A stretch of 17,587 nt of DNA, from IMG/VR virus record IMGVR_UViG_2660238360_000004; one strand, given 5' to 3'. The first letter of the stretch is position 1. The number at the start of each line of letters is the position of its first letter. Shown one piece after another: positions 16,611-17,587 of this stretch. The DNA is from a virus. Its lineage: Duplodnaviria > Heunggongvirae > Uroviricota > Caudoviricetes. Under the pieces are notes generated by a model that was not told the origin of the DNA, made no database searches, and worked only from the letters and a program-made list of their open reading frames with translations. A program made the translations under genes and the position numbers.

Positions 16611-16939
16611 TGGAGACGTTTCACTGGAAAGTGCGCCCGGATATGAATGTGGTATCAGAGCCGAAAGTGGTGACAGTGAAGCTGGGCGATGGTTATGAAC
16701 AGCGTCGTGCGGCGGGACTGAATAACCAGTTGTCGACTTACAGCGTGACGATACGTGTTCGTAAATGTGAACACCCATCTTTAAAAGCCTTTCTGGAACG
16801 GCACGGTGGCGTCCGCGCATTTCAGTGGACGCCACCTTATGACTGGAAGCCGATCAGGGTGGTTTGTCGTAAATGGTCGGCAAGCGTGGGGGCGTTGTGG
16901 GTAACCATAACGGCAGATTTTGAACAGGTCGTGGCATAG
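16610..16939 (+). CDS. gpM-like minor tail protein
   Basis: 109 aa. Start overlaps the tape-measure stop (TAATG). METFHWKVRPDMNVVSEPKVVTVKLGDGYEQRRAAGLN... is collinear with recalled lambda gpM (MKTFRWKVKPGMDVASVPSVRKVRFGDGYSQRAPAGLN; also WTPPY and FEQVV). Confidence 0.92.
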   Translation: METFHWKVRPDMNVVSEPKVVTVKLGDGYEQRRAAGLNNQLSTYSVTIRVRKCEHPSLKAFLERHGGVRAFQWTPPYDWKPIRVVCRKWSASVGALWVTITADFEQVVA

Positions 16940-16948
16940 GAGTCTCTG

Positions 16949-17308
16949 ATGCAGGATATTCCACAGGAAACACATCATGAGACGACACGCCTCACTCAGT
17001 CAGCCCAGGTGGTGCTCTGGGAAATCGATCTGACAGTGGTCGGTGGAGAACGTTATTTTTTCTGTAATGAGCAGAACGAAAAAGGTGAGCCGATCACCTG
17101 GCAGGGGCGACAGTATCAGGCGTATCCCATTCAGGGGACGGGATTTGAACTGAACGGCAAGGGCAGTGCTGCCCGTCCGACACTGACGGTTTCTAACCTG
17201 CACGGCATGGTCACCGCGATGGCGGAAGACCTGCAGAGTCTGGTCGGAGGAACGGTGGTCCGGCGTAAGGTTTACGCCCGTTTTCTGGATGCGGTGAACT
17301 TCGTCAAC
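16949..17308 (+). CDS. gpL-like minor tail protein, 5' portion only (cut by the assembly gap)
   Basis: The first 120 codons are near-identical to recalled lambda gpL (MQDIRQETLNECTRAEQSASVVLWEIDLTEVGGERYFFCNEQNEKGEP...VVRRKVYARFLDAVNFVN). The frame then runs into the N-run at 17309-17318. Translation beyond the gap in the track is an artefact. Confidence 0.9.
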
Positions 17309-17318
17309 NNNNNNNNNN
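17309..17318. other. Assembly gap (run of 10 N)
   Basis: Ten consecutive N characters. Sequence on either side is unrelated: a gpL homologue before it and a hok-type locus on the other strand after it. Confidence 0.99.
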
Positions 17319-17335
17319 TGCTCCCCGCACAACGG

Positions 17336-17488
17336 CTACTTCTTCGGTTCGTAAGCGAGAACAGCCTTAAACTCAATATTACGTTCCTTTACGGTGAACT
17401 CACACAGCGAATCTCCGACCAGAAGCGTAAATCCCAGCACCGTTAAACACAGCACTATGACTGCCGCAAGGGCATATTTCGTCAGCAT
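17336..17488 (-). CDS. hok: Hok/Gef-family type I toxin (small membrane peptide)
   Basis: 50 aa, [50 protein letters not shown]. Single N-terminal transmembrane helix and the conserved family pattern ...LCE...E...AYE at the C-terminus. The 83-aa track ORF is an in-frame upstream extension through the leader. Confidence 0.8.
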   Translation of the reverse strand: MLTKYALAAVIVLCLTVLGFTLLVGDSLCEFTVKERNIEFKAVLAYEPKK

Positions 17489-17587
17489 GTTTATATTGCC
17501 TCCATGCGAAGAAGGGACTACCATCCAAATTGTTCGGGTTTGGAGTGGCAGCCCCAGGGTTGATAGAAATATCTCCTGGGGCTTCAT

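Noticed and set aside
16949-17446. Track ORF of 165 aa reading the gpL-like gene through the N-run and beyond
   Set aside because: The N-run is an assembly gap of unknown size. Sequence after it is unrelated (hok locus on the other strand), so the C-terminal 40 residues are an artefact.
17336-17587. 83-aa in-frame N-terminal extension of the hok ORF
   Set aside because: Hok-family toxins are about 50 aa. The extension covers the untranslated leader. Whether a mok-like overlapping frame exists cannot be decided from this fragment.

Overview
This window is the late region of a lambda-like (lambdoid) prophage from an enterobacterium, almost entirely on the + strand. Calls rest on reading the supplied translations and the DNA by eye, and on recalled lambda and E. 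coli K-12 protein sequences; no database search was run. From left to right: (1) a lysis cassette with a lysozyme, Rz and an Rz1 nested in the +1 frame, but no holin directly upstream; (2) an AT-rich moron block at about 1556-3480 with a CspA-family cold-shock gene, a zinc-ribbon ORF, a 51-aa ORF and a GnsA/GnsB-family gene, in the same order as the Qin prophage of E. coli K-12; (3) a cos site at about 3813-3890 closely resembling lambda cos; (4) a co-directional, translationally coupled morphogenesis operon: small and large terminase, gpW-like, portal, a single ORF fusing a ClpP-like protease to a major capsid domain, DUF2190-like protein, gpFII-, gpZ-, gpU-, gpV-, gpG/gpT-like (with a -1 frameshift), tape measure, gpM- and gpL-like; (5) a 10-N assembly gap at 17309-17318 that truncates the gpL homologue, followed by a Hok-family toxin gene on the minus strand. 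I found no CRISPR array, tRNA, rRNA, integrase or transposase. I do not see a clearly undescribed system; the best candidates for a second look are the moron block, the holin-less lysis cassette and ambiguous left edge, and the protease-capsid fusion.
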